From NCBI RefSeq assembly GCF_032115815.1, contig NZ_JAUMBI010000032.1, positions 1 to 62,641 on the forward strand: DNA of 62,641 nucleotides, read 5' to 3'. Below, piece by piece: positions 9,315-18,543 of this stretch. Below the pieces are notes generated by a model that saw nothing but the letters and a program-made list of their open reading frames with translations, was not told where the DNA came from and ran no database searches. Made by a program: the position numbers and the translations under genes. This DNA is from Sandarakinorhabdus sp. (GTDB lineage Bacteria; Pseudomonadota; Alphaproteobacteria; Sphingomonadales; Sphingomonadaceae). Numbering within the stretch: the first letter of the stretch is position 1; each line of letters opens with the position of its first letter.

Positions 9315-10069
9315 GGCCGGGCACCCGGCATCTGGATCGGGCCTTCGGTGCTCCCGGTGATGAACTGGCGCACGTAAGCATTGTCGCAGCCATCAAGGCT
9401 GGCCAACGGCCCGTTCCAGATGATCTTTCCTGCGTGCAGCATGGCAACCCTGTCGGCGATCAAACGCACACTCGCCATGTCGTGCGTAATGGTAATTGCG
9501 GCGATTTTCAAATCCGTAACCAGCGTGCGGATCAGCGTGTTGATGACCGCCGCCGTGATCGGGTCCAGCCCCGCCGTCGGTTCATCGAAGAAGATGATCG
9601 GCGGGCGCGCTGCAATGGCGCGAGCCAGGGCGACACGTTTCTGCATCCCGCCGGAAAGCTCCGCAGGCTTCAAGTCGGCCACCTCCGCTGCCAGGCCAAC
9701 GCGGGCAAGATTGTCGATGGCGGCGGCCTTGCGCTCCGCTGCGCTGCCAGGCAGCGCAAAACTGATGTTGCGCCACACGGGCAGCGAATCGAACAGTGCA
9801 CCGCCCTGGAACAACATGCCGAAGCGGGTGCGGTGGGCATCTAGCGCGGCGCCCTTCAGCCCGGCGACTTCCTGCCCATCCACCTTCATCGATCCTGCAT
9901 CGATCGGGATCAGGCCCAATATGCACTTCAGCGTCACCGATTTGCCGGTGCCCGACCCGCCGATGATCACCAGGCTTTCGCCCGGCATCACCGCCACATC
10001 AAGGCCATCGAGCACCTGGCGGCTGCCAAAGCGCTTGGACACGCCGCTCAGTTCAATCCGGGGAATCAT
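9311..10069 (-). CDS. mlaF: MlaF/Mkl-type ABC ATP-binding protein
   Basis: GGSGTGKS, MLFQGGALFDSL, LSGGMQKRVALARA, DEPTAGLDP. Confidence 0.88.
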   Translation of the reverse strand: MIPRIELSGVSKRFGSRQVLDGLDVAVMPGESLVIIGGSGTGKSVTLKCILGLIPIDAGSMKVDGQEVAGLKGAALDAHRTRFGMLFQGGALFDSLPVWRNISFALPGSAAERKAAAIDNLARVGLAAEVADLKPAELSGGMQKRVALARAIAARPPIIFFDEPTAGLDPITAAVINTLIRTLVTDLKIAAITITHDMASVRLIADRVAMLHAGKIIWNGPLASLDGCDNAYVRQFITGSTEGPIQMPGARP

Positions 10070-10848
10070 GATCCGAACACGATCACGGTGATGATCAGGT
10101 TGGACAGCAGGATCAGGATGAAGCTGGAAACGACGGCATTGGTGGTCGCCCGCCCCACCCCGGCCGCGCCGCCGCCGCTGTGATAGCCATGGTAACAGCC
10201 CATCAACGCGATGAAAAATCCGAACACGCCGGCCTTCACCAGCGACGAGACGACGTCATCCACCTCAAGATAGCGCTGCGTCGTCGCCAGATATTGGGCG
10301 CTGTTGAAGCCCAGCCGCTGGGTCGCCAGCAGCCAGCCGCCCATCACGCCCAGTGCGTTCGACACCAGCACCAGGAACGGCATCACCAGCACGGCGGCGA
10401 GAATGCGTGGGCCCACCAGCCAGCGGAAGGGATCCGTGCGCAACGTCACCAGCGCGTCGATCTGCTCCGTCACCCGCATCGTGCCCAATTCGGCCGCCAT
10501 GGCGCTTGCCACCCGCCCGGCCACCATCAGCCCGCCCAGCACCGGGCCCAACTCGCGCACGACGCCGATCACGGTAACGGCTGGGACGGTAGACGCCGCG
10601 TTGAAGCGGCTGCCCCCAATGAAGATCTGCTGCGCCAGCGCCGAACCGGTGAAGATCGCGGTGAGGCCAACCACCGGCAACGACAGCCAGCCGATCACCA
10701 GCATCTGCTGTGCCAGTTGCGCCGGATACCAGGGCGGCTGCAGCATCCGGGTGAGCGCGGTGACGGCAAAGCGCGTCAGCCGGCCGATTGCCGCGAACGC
10801 CGCCAGCACCGGCGCGCCGATGGCGACCAGCGCGGCGATCACGCCCAC
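10066..10848 (-). CDS. mlaE: MlaE-family ABC permease
   Basis: VRELGPVL, AAELGTMRVTEQIDAL, GVGRATTNAVV. Confidence 0.92.
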   Translation of the reverse strand: MGVIAALVAIGAPVLAAFAAIGRLTRFAVTALTRMLQPPWYPAQLAQQMLVIGWLSLPVVGLTAIFTGSALAQQIFIGGSRFNAASTVPAVTVIGVVRELGPVLGGLMVAGRVASAMAAELGTMRVTEQIDALVTLRTDPFRWLVGPRILAAVLVMPFLVLVSNALGVMGGWLLATQRLGFNSAQYLATTQRYLEVDDVVSSLVKAGVFGFFIALMGCYHGYHSGGGAAGVGRATTNAVVSSFILILLSNLIITVIVFGS

Positions 10849-11885
10849 ACCCGATCAAAGCGCTGGCCCAGCGCCACCAGCAGTTCATAGCTGGTCCGGC
10901 CCGACAGGCTGGCCATGGTTTCGGGATCGAAGGGGATATCGAGCCAGTCACCTTCGGCCAGCGCCGGCGCGTCGGTAACGTCGAACGCGGCCAGATCCAT
11001 GGAAACGCGGCCAGCTGCCGGGCAGCGCACGCCGGCCACCTCTGCCCAGCCGGCTCCCGACAGGCCGCGCGCATAGCCATCGGCATAGCCCAAGGCCACC
11101 GTGGCAATACGGCTGGGCCGTGTGGCGGTGAACGCGGCGGCATAACCCACCGTGCCGCCGGCCGGCACGTCGCGCAGCTGGATGATGCGGGCCTGCATGC
11201 GCGCCACCGTGCGCGACACCCGGCCATCAGGCATCAGCCCGCCGCCAAACAGGCCGATGCCGGGGCGCACCAGATCAAGATGAAAGGCCGCACCGAGCGC
11301 AATGCCGGCACTGTTGGCCAGTGCATAGGCGTCTGCCGGCACCCGCGCTGTCACGTCGGCAAAGCAGGCGCGCTGCGCTTCATTCAGCGGGTGCGCCGGA
11401 CTGTCGGCACAGGCGAGATGGCTGTGCAGCACCGCCACCGCCATCCCGGCCAGCACATCCGCCGTTTCCGCCGGGGCGAGGCCCAACCGGTTCATGCCGC
11501 TGTCCACCATCGCTTCACACGGCCGCCCGGTCTGCCGCCACAGTGCGACCTGGGCCGCCGTCACCAGCACGGGCCGGGCCGGCAGAGCCAGCGCGGCGGC
11601 CATCTCTTCGGCGGTAACGCCGTGGAGGACGGACAAGGTGACGCCATCGGGAAGCGGCAACAATGGCGGCACTTCCTGCCAGTGCGCCACATAGAAATGC
11701 CGGCAGCCCGCCGCGGCAAACCGCACCAGCGCTGCCCGCGCGCCCAAGCCATAGCCATCCGCCTTGATCGCCGCACCGCAGGCGGCACCAGCCACGGCAC
11801 CGGCGAAATCCTGCCAATTAGCAATCAGCGCCGCACTATCGAGCAGCAGCCGCGCTTGCGGCGGAGGAGGGTCCGGGGGTGACAC
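10839..11885 (-). CDS. alr: Alanine racemase
   Basis: PLP-lysine motif AIKADGYGLG, DSGMNRLG, VGYAA, GYADGY, GRVSMD. Confidence 0.93.
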   Translation of the reverse strand: MSPPDPPPPQARLLLDSAALIANWQDFAGAVAGAACGAAIKADGYGLGARAALVRFAAAGCRHFYVAHWQEVPPLLPLPDGVTLSVLHGVTAEEMAAALALPARPVLVTAAQVALWRQTGRPCEAMVDSGMNRLGLAPAETADVLAGMAVAVLHSHLACADSPAHPLNEAQRACFADVTARVPADAYALANSAGIALGAAFHLDLVRPGIGLFGGGLMPDGRVSRTVARMQARIIQLRDVPAGGTVGYAAAFTATRPSRIATVALGYADGYARGLSGAGWAEVAGVRCPAAGRVSMDLAAFDVTDAPALAEGDWLDIPFDPETMASLSGRTSYELLVALGQRFDRVWA

Positions 11886-11945
11886 AGCACCGGATTAGTG
11901 CGGTTGTTCATGGCGGCGCAAGCCATTGCGGTGTATCAGGACTCC

Positions 11946-12179
11946 ATGAACCGCACGATCATCACCGCAGCTCTTGGTGCCTTGGCCATTGCCATGGGCA
12001 GCGTCTTGGCGCTTGCTCCGGCCCATGCCCAAGCCCAACCCAAGCCCGACACCGAATTCTGCGCCAAGATGCGCGCCAAGGATCCGGGCGGCATCTGCAC
12101 GGCCAAGGGCGAATATGTGACGCCGGAAAAGGTCTACAAGCCCGATGGCACGGTGATCAATCGTTCCACGGGTGATTGA
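11946..12179 (+). CDS. Small secreted hypothetical protein with two Cys
   Basis: AGGA RBS, signal peptide ending AHA, GC-rich third codon positions; fills the alr-prs gap. Confidence 0.7.
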   Translation: MNRTIITAALGALAIAMGSVLALAPAHAQAQPKPDTEFCAKMRAKDPGGICTAKGEYVTPEKVYKPDGTVINRSTGD

Positions 12180-12213
12180 GGCGGGCGGCGATTGAGGCAG
12201 CGGGCTGCAACTC

Positions 12214-13149
12214 TCAATCGAACAGGCTGCTGACCGAACTTTCTTCTGCCGTCCGTCGCATGGCTTCGGCCAGCAGCGGCGCGATGGTGATGCGGCGCAC
12301 CTTCTGCGCGGCCTTGACCGCAGCCGTGGCCGCGATCGAATCGGTGACGACCAGTTCCGACAGCGCCGAACCATCGACACGCGCCACCGCGCCGCCAGAC
12401 AGCACGCCGTGGCTCACATAGGCCGTCGCACTCTGCGCGCCGGCCTGGAGCAAGGCTGCAGCCGCGTTGCACAGGGTGCCGGCCGAATCGACGATATCAT
12501 CGACCAGGATGCAGCGACGGCCGCGCACATCACCGATGATGTTCATCACTTCGGATTCACCCGGGCGTTCCCGACGCTTGTCGACGATGGCGAGCGGGGC
12601 ATTGCCCAGCCGCTTGGCCAGCGCACGGGCGCGCACCACGCCGCCCACGTCAGGCGAGACGACCATCAGATTGTCCATGCCCATGCGCGCGGTGATGTCG
12701 GCAGCCATTACCGGGGCGGCAAACAGATTGTCGGTCGGAATATCGAAGAAGCCCTGGATCTGGCCGGCGTGAAGATCCACGCTGAGCACACGATCGGCGC
12801 CGGCGGTGGTGATCAGATTGGCCACCAGCTTGGCCGAAATCGGCGTGCGCGAGCCCGATTTGCGATCCTGGCGTGCGTAACCGAAATAGGGCACCACCGC
12901 CGTGATCCGCCGCGCCGACGCGCGGCGCAGCGCATCGATGCAGATCAGCAATTCCATCAGATTGTCATTGGCAGGGGCGGCGGTGGACTGGACCACGAAC
13001 ACATCTTCGCCGCGCACATTCTCATGGATTTCAACGAAGATTTCTTCATCGGCAAAGCGGCGCACCGAAGCGCTGGTGAGCGGGATTTCCAGATAGGCGG
13101 CAATCGCCTGGGCCAGTTCCGGGTTGCCGTTGCCGGCCAGAATCTTCAT
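12214..13149 (-). CDS. prs: Ribose-phosphate pyrophosphokinase
   Basis: [34 protein letters not shown]. Confidence 0.97.
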   Translation of the reverse strand: MKILAGNGNPELAQAIAAYLEIPLTSASVRRFADEEIFVEIHENVRGEDVFVVQSTAAPANDNLMELLICIDALRRASARRITAVVPYFGYARQDRKSGSRTPISAKLVANLITTAGADRVLSVDLHAGQIQGFFDIPTDNLFAAPVMAADITARMGMDNLMVVSPDVGGVVRARALAKRLGNAPLAIVDKRRERPGESEVMNIIGDVRGRRCILVDDIVDSAGTLCNAAAALLQAGAQSATAYVSHGVLSGGAVARVDGSALSELVVTDSIAATAAVKAAQKVRRITIAPLLAEAMRRTAEESSVSSLFD

Positions 13150-13237
13150 TTCGCGCGCGCCTGACTGAGGGGTGTGGGCTGACGGGTTTGGCCGGCCATA
13201 GCCGCCCTGTCACATGGGTGCAACCTTGGCTGCGGCT

Positions 13238-13636
13238 TCACGCGCCGATTGCGGCCACCAAAGCCTCGACCAAGGGCACATCGGCTGGCGGCATCGGCAG
13301 CGCCGCCATCACTTCCGGGCGCTCCCAACGCAGCGCCTGGCCATCACGGCCGTGCGGCTGCCCCTGCCACTGCCGGCACCAGTACAGCAGCATCACCAGG
13401 TGGAAATCGGGATAGGCAAAGCTCACGAAGGTGAAGGGTGCCAACCCCTCGGCCACGATGCCCAGTTCCTCCTCCAATTCGCGTACCAGCGCGGTCTCCG
13501 GCGATTCGCCGGGCTCCAGCTTGCCGCCGGGAAACTCCCACATCCCGGCCAGCGATTTGCCTTCCGGGCGCTGGGCGAGCAGCACCCGGCCTTCGCCGTC
13601 CACCAAGGCGGCGGCCACCACGTGAACGATCTTCAT
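13238..13636 (-). CDS. mutT: MutT-like Nudix (d)NTP pyrophosphohydrolase
   Basis: Nudix box GGKLEPGESPETALVRELEEELG. Confidence 0.88.
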   Translation of the reverse strand: MKIVHVVAAALVDGEGRVLLAQRPEGKSLAGMWEFPGGKLEPGESPETALVRELEEELGIVAEGLAPFTFVSFAYPDFHLVMLLYWCRQWQGQPHGRDGQALRWERPEVMAALPMPPADVPLVEALVAAIGA

Positions 13637-15054
13637 CAGCGCACGACGACCAGCTTCACACGGTCGCCGGCCTTCAACCGGGCACTGGCCTCCAGCTGAT
13701 TGAGGGTGAGGAAGCGCGCCATCTTGTCGTCATCATAAGCCATGCGGTTGGCAAGGCTTTGCAGCGTGTCGTTGGCCCCTACACGCACCACCTGGATGCG
13801 GCGGCTGCGGATGCTGGCGATGTCCTGCGGGCCGAGCCGGCGCACACTGGCCGCCACCGGCGTCACGCCCGCCAATTGGCCCTGTGGCGCAATGCTGACC
13901 AAGGTGAGCGCCAGCTGCGGCGACCAGCGGTAGACGGTGAGCGTGGCTTCCACCGGGCCGGCCTGTGATCCGGCGCGGATGCTGCCTTCCAGCGCCTCTA
14001 CCCCGTTGATGCGGGTGGCGCGCATAGGCTGGGCCGAAACGCCCAGTTGCTGCCAGCGCGCGCCGGCAATGCTGTTCAGATCGGCGGCGCGCGCATCGGC
14101 GGCACGCAGATCGAATTTCAGATTGCCCGGCCCGCTGCCGGTGACCGCTTGCGGGCTGTTGGCAATGGCAAAACCCCGCGGCGCATCGAGGGCCAGCGCC
14201 AGCCCGCCGTGGCGGAAGCCGCTGCCCACCACCACGCCTTCGGCTGGATCATCATCATAGATCATGCCGTCGATGGCATTCAGGAACGCATCGCGGTTGA
14301 GGGTGCGGCTGGAGGTGCGAATCGCCTGTGCCTCGCTGCGCATCCGGGCCACGCGTTCGCCGCTGGGCGGATGGGTGGAAAGCCACTTCGATGGTTCGGC
14401 GCCGCCCTGGCCCTTCAGCCGCGCTTCCAGCGCCGTCTGCGCGCCCAGCGCGGCCAGGCTGTCAGTGGCAGCATCGGGATCATAGCCGGCATTGACCAGA
14501 TAACGTACGCCCAAGCTGTCGGCCTGGCGTTCCTGATCACGGCTGTAACCCAGCGTCGTCAGCCCGGCGACCACGCCGGCACCGCGCCCGATCAGATCGG
14601 ACCCGGTGAGCACCCCGGCCACGCCGGCCAGCACGTTGGACAGCGCGGCGCGGTTCTGACGCTTCTGCCCGTGGCGGGCGGCGACATGCGCCACTTCATG
14701 GCCCATCACGAAGGCCAGTTCGGCCTCGTCGTTCATCAGCGCCAGCAGCTGGCGAGTGATGTAGACATAGCCGCCCGGAATGGCGAACGCGTTGTTCACG
14801 TTGGAATTCAGCAAGGTGACGGTGTAATCCGTCGCCCGCGCGCCTCCGCCCGATTGCACGGCGATTTTCTGGCCCACGCCGCGCACATAATCCGCCACCG
14901 GCCCGCTCATGGCACCGCCGAACTGCTGCAGGATCTGCGGATGGGCCTGCGCGCCCGACCGGCGCTCGCTTTCGGTCAGGCCGGGGGGTGCCTGCGCCAG
15001 CACCGGGGCTGCCAGCAAGGCTGACAAGGCAAGCGTGCGAACCAGATTCTTCAT
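13636..15054 (-). CDS. M48 family metalloprotease with C-terminal LysM-like domain
   Basis: NAFAIPGG, HEVAH, YSRDQERQAD, STHP; C-terminal DTLQSLA...FLTLNQL...LKAGDRVK. Confidence 0.9.
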   Translation of the reverse strand: MKNLVRTLALSALLAAPVLAQAPPGLTESERRSGAQAHPQILQQFGGAMSGPVADYVRGVGQKIAVQSGGGARATDYTVTLLNSNVNNAFAIPGGYVYITRQLLALMNDEAELAFVMGHEVAHVAARHGQKRQNRAALSNVLAGVAGVLTGSDLIGRGAGVVAGLTTLGYSRDQERQADSLGVRYLVNAGYDPDAATDSLAALGAQTALEARLKGQGGAEPSKWLSTHPPSGERVARMRSEAQAIRTSSRTLNRDAFLNAIDGMIYDDDPAEGVVVGSGFRHGGLALALDAPRGFAIANSPQAVTGSGPGNLKFDLRAADARAADLNSIAGARWQQLGVSAQPMRATRINGVEALEGSIRAGSQAGPVEATLTVYRWSPQLALTLVSIAPQGQLAGVTPVAASVRRLGPQDIASIRSRRIQVVRVGANDTLQSLANRMAYDDDKMARFLTLNQLEASARLKAGDRVKLVVVR

Positions 15055-15110
15055 CGGCGCAGCATAACGTGAAAGCGGGTCACCGCGCCAGACGGCGGCG
15101 GCCGGCGGTT

Positions 15111-16061
15111 CTAAAGATTGCGGCCCATCGCCAGATATTTGGCGCGGCGGGCCTTCACCAACGCCGCCGGTGACAGCGCCAGCAACGGCTGCAATTCGCT
15201 GGCAATCGCCATCGACAGCGAGGCAATGGCGGCGGCCGGATCACGATGGGCACCGCCCAGCGGTTCGGACACGATGGTATCGATCACGCCCAGCGCCTTG
15301 CAGTCGGCCGCCGTCACCTTCATCGCTTCGGCGGCATCCGCCGCGCGATTGGCCTGCTTGTCGGCATTGCGCCACAGGATGGAGGCACAGCCTTCTGGCG
15401 AGATCACCGCATAAACCGCGTGTTCCAGCATGATCACCCGATCCGCCGCCGCGATGCCGATGGCACCGCCCGACATGCCTTCACCGGTGATGGCGGTAAT
15501 GATCGGCACAGGCGCGCCCAGAAAGGCGGCGGTGGCACGCGCAATGGCTTCGGCCTGGCCGCGGGCTTCACCGTCGACGCCCGGATAGGCGCCGGCACTG
15601 TCAACCAGGGTGATCACCGGCACGTTGAAGCGGGCGGCGAGTTCCACCAAGCGGGCTGCCTTGCGATAGCCTTCGGGCCGGCCCATGCCGAAATTGTGGC
15701 GAACGCGGGATGCGGTGTCGTTGCCCTTTTCATGGCCGATCAGCATCACCGGCACGTTCAGCCCGCGCAGCTTGCCCAGTCCACCCAGGATGGCGAGATC
15801 CTCGCCATAGGCACGATCGCCAGCCAGCGGCGTGAAATCCTCCACCAGTGCCTTGGCGATGTCGGAAAAATGCGGCCGCGCCGGGTGACGGGCCACCAGC
15901 GTCTTCTGCCATGGCGACAGCTTCGCATAGGTTTCGGCCAACAGGCGGCGCGCGGCGCCTTCGGCGTGGCGGGCGCCGGCATCATCGCCGGCAGCGCGAT
16001 AATCGGTCGCGCGCTGGGCGATCTGGGCGATCGGCTTTTCAAAGTCGAGATAGGTGCTCAC
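15111..16061 (-). CDS. accA: Acetyl-CoA carboxylase carboxyltransferase subunit alpha
   Basis: YLDFEKPI, NFGMGRPEGYRKA, ISPEGCASILW, EPLGGAHRD. Confidence 0.97.
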   Translation of the reverse strand: MSTYLDFEKPIAQIAQRATDYRAAGDDAGARHAEGAARRLLAETYAKLSPWQKTLVARHPARPHFSDIAKALVEDFTPLAGDRAYGEDLAILGGLGKLRGLNVPVMLIGHEKGNDTASRVRHNFGMGRPEGYRKAARLVELAARFNVPVITLVDSAGAYPGVDGEARGQAEAIARATAAFLGAPVPIITAITGEGMSGGAIGIAAADRVIMLEHAVYAVISPEGCASILWRNADKQANRAADAAEAMKVTAADCKALGVIDTIVSEPLGGAHRDPAAAIASLSMAIASELQPLLALSPAALVKARRAKYLAMGRNL

Positions 16062-16121
16062 AAGGCTTGGCCTAGGCGAAATGACGCGGCGTGGTCAATG
16101 GCCGCAACGTCACAGCCAAGC

Positions 16122-16814
16122 TCACTGCCGCTGCCAACGGAAATACCACACCTCATGGCCCAACCGGCGCGCCTTGGCTTCATAGCGCGTCTGCGGCCAA
16201 TCGGCGGGGCGGGTGAGGAAATCCGCCGCCGTGTCGCCCAGCCAGCGGAAATCGCGGCGCTTGCCCATCTGCATCAGGGCCCAGCGGCAATAGATCGGGT
16301 GATCGGTACCGAACCGGAACTCGCCGCCCGGTTTCAGCACGCGGGCGATGCGATCGATCGGGCCTGGATTCATGAAACGGCGCTTGGCGTGGCGGGCCTT
16401 GGGCCACGGGTCCGGGTGGAGCAGGAACACGCGTTCCACGCTCGCTTCTGGCAGCCGTTCCAGCACATCAAGCGCGTCGCCATGATGGATTCGCACGTTG
16501 GTGAGACTATTGTCACGCACCGCCATCAGCGCGCCGACCACGCCGTCCACAAACGGTTCCGCACCGATCAGGCCAACATCGGGGCGCATCGCCGCCTGCC
16601 CGGCCATGTGCTCGCCCTTGCCAAAGCCGATTTCCAGCCACAGCGGGCGATCATTGCCAAACAGGCCCGGCGCCGTGATCGCGCCTTCGGCTGGCACCGC
16701 AATGCGCGGCAACAGATCGGCAAACAATTCGGCCTGGCCCTGGCGCAAGGCGTGGCCCTGCCGGCGGCCATAAAGGCGGCGGATGGTGGTGGGATCGGAA
16801 GCGGTGTCAGACAT
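16122..16814 (-). CDS. trmB: tRNA (guanine-N7)-methyltransferase
   Basis: LEIGFGKGEH, PDPWPKARHAKRR, TRYEAKA; alternative start at 16826. Confidence 0.95.
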   Translation of the reverse strand: MSDTASDPTTIRRLYGRRQGHALRQGQAELFADLLPRIAVPAEGAITAPGLFGNDRPLWLEIGFGKGEHMAGQAAMRPDVGLIGAEPFVDGVVGALMAVRDNSLTNVRIHHGDALDVLERLPEASVERVFLLHPDPWPKARHAKRRFMNPGPIDRIARVLKPGGEFRFGTDHPIYCRWALMQMGKRRDFRWLGDTAADFLTRPADWPQTRYEAKARRLGHEVWYFRWQRQ

Positions 16815-16865
16815 GGTGGGCGCCATGCCCGATTGCGCGCCTGTGGAAAAGGGCAGGCGTGGCCT

Positions 16866-16879
16866 TTGATCCAGATCAA
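16866..16879. promoter_or_regulatory. FNR/FixK box
   Basis: Exact TTGAT-CCAG-ATCAA in the divergent trmB / monooxygenase intergenic region. Confidence 0.75.
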
Positions 16880-16930
16880 GGCACTACGCTACCAGCGGCC
16901 CGAAACTGCAACACAGATCTGGGAGGATAG

Positions 16931-18454
16931 ATGATGGACGCTCACACCCCGGCCCGCCCGGCCCCTGAAGGCGCGATCACCGATGTTGATGTGCTGGTGA
17001 TTGGTGCCGGCATTTCCGGGCTCTCTGCGGCCTGGCACCTGCAGCAGCGTCTGCCGCACAAGCGCTTCCTGGTGCTGGAACGGGAGGCGAGTTACGGCGG
17101 CACCTGGCTCACCCACAAATTCCCCGGCATCCGTTCCGATAGCGATCTCTATACATTCGGCTTCGGCTTCAAGCCGTGGGTGGGGCCGCCGATCGCCACG
17201 GCCGCCGAAATCCAGGCCTATCTGGGCGAGATGATCGAGGAGAACGACCTTGATCGCCACATCCGTTACAACCACAGCATCGAAACCGCCGAATGGGACA
17301 GCGCCGCCGCCCGCTGGACGGTCACGGCCTGCCTGTCTGATGGGACGCGCCGCCAGTTTCTCGCGCCGTTCCTGTGGATGGCGCAAGGCTATTACCGGCA
17401 TCATCAGGGCTATTGGCCGGACTATCCAGGCATGGCCGATTTCAAGGGCCCGATCCTCCACACCGAGGAATGGGACGAAGCCACCGATTACAGCGGCAAA
17501 CGAGTCGTGCTGATCGGATCGGGCGCAACGGCGGCCACCGTGGTGCCGGCGATGGCGGAAAAAGCTGATCACATCACCATGATCCAGCGCAGCCCGACCT
17601 ATTTCATTCCCGGCCGCAATGAAAACGAGATGGCCGAGCTGTTGCGCCCGATCGGGGTGGACGAAGCCACCATCCACGACATCGTGCGCAAGAAGGTGAT
17701 TTACGATCAGGATCAGGTCGTGCGCCAATGCCGGGAAGCACCCGAAGCAATGGCGGCCGAACTGCTGGCCGGGGTGCAAGCGCTGCTGCCAGAAGGGTTC
17801 GACATGCGCCACTTTACGCCCGCCTATCGCCCGTGGCGGCAGCGGATCGCCTTCGTGCCCGATGGCGATCTGTTCGCCGGCGTGCGTGCCGGCAAGGCCG
17901 ATGTCGTCACCGGCACGATTGCGCGCTTCACGCCCGATGGCGTGGAGATGCAGGATGGGACCACCGTCCCGGCCGACATGATCGTGCTCGCCACCGGCTT
18001 CAATCTGTGCGTGTTCGGTGACATCGCCTTCTCGATCGACGGCAAGCCACTGGACATGGGCGATACTGTCACCTGGCGCGGCATGATGTTTACCGGCGTG
18101 CCCAACCTTGTCTGGGTGTTCGGCTATTTCCGGGCGAGTTGGACACTGCGTTCCGACATGATCTCTGAATTCACCTGCCGGCTGCTGCAGCACATGGACG
18201 ACAAAGGCGTCGACAGGGTCGAGGTGGTGTTGCCGCCCGACCTTGTCGACAGCCCACGCGGCCTTTGGGTCGATCCGGATGACTTCAACCCCGGTTATCT
18301 TGCCCGCGGCCAGCACCTGCTGCCGAAAACCGCGCCCGGGCCGGAATGGCGCCACACCCAGGATTATTGGCGCGAAAAGGATGAGATCCCGCAGGTTGAT
18401 CTCGACGGGCCGGCCTTCCGCTATGCCAGATGCAGGCTGCCTATGACCACCTGA
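16931..18454 (+). CDS. Flavin-containing (Baeyer-Villiger, EthA-like) monooxygenase
   Basis: GGAGG RBS; GAGISG, FPGIRSDSD, FKGPILHTEEW (FxGxxxHxxxW), GSGATA, ATGF. Confidence 0.92.
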   Translation: MMDAHTPARPAPEGAITDVDVLVIGAGISGLSAAWHLQQRLPHKRFLVLEREASYGGTWLTHKFPGIRSDSDLYTFGFGFKPWVGPPIATAAEIQAYLGEMIEENDLDRHIRYNHSIETAEWDSAAARWTVTACLSDGTRRQFLAPFLWMAQGYYRHHQGYWPDYPGMADFKGPILHTEEWDEATDYSGKRVVLIGSGATAATVVPAMAEKADHITMIQRSPTYFIPGRNENEMAELLRPIGVDEATIHDIVRKKVIYDQDQVVRQCREAPEAMAAELLAGVQALLPEGFDMRHFTPAYRPWRQRIAFVPDGDLFAGVRAGKADVVTGTIARFTPDGVEMQDGTTVPADMIVLATGFNLCVFGDIAFSIDGKPLDMGDTVTWRGMMFTGVPNLVWVFGYFRASWTLRSDMISEFTCRLLQHMDDKGVDRVEVVLPPDLVDSPRGLWVDPDDFNPGYLARGQHLLPKTAPGPEWRHTQDYWREKDEIPQVDLDGPAFRYARCRLPMTT

Positions 18455-18543
18455 GACAACAGCACGGCTTGCACACTGCCACATCTTTGCCGCAAGAGGG
18501 CGGTGGCCGGTGGATGGGTCCGGCCGTGACAGAACGGAAAACG

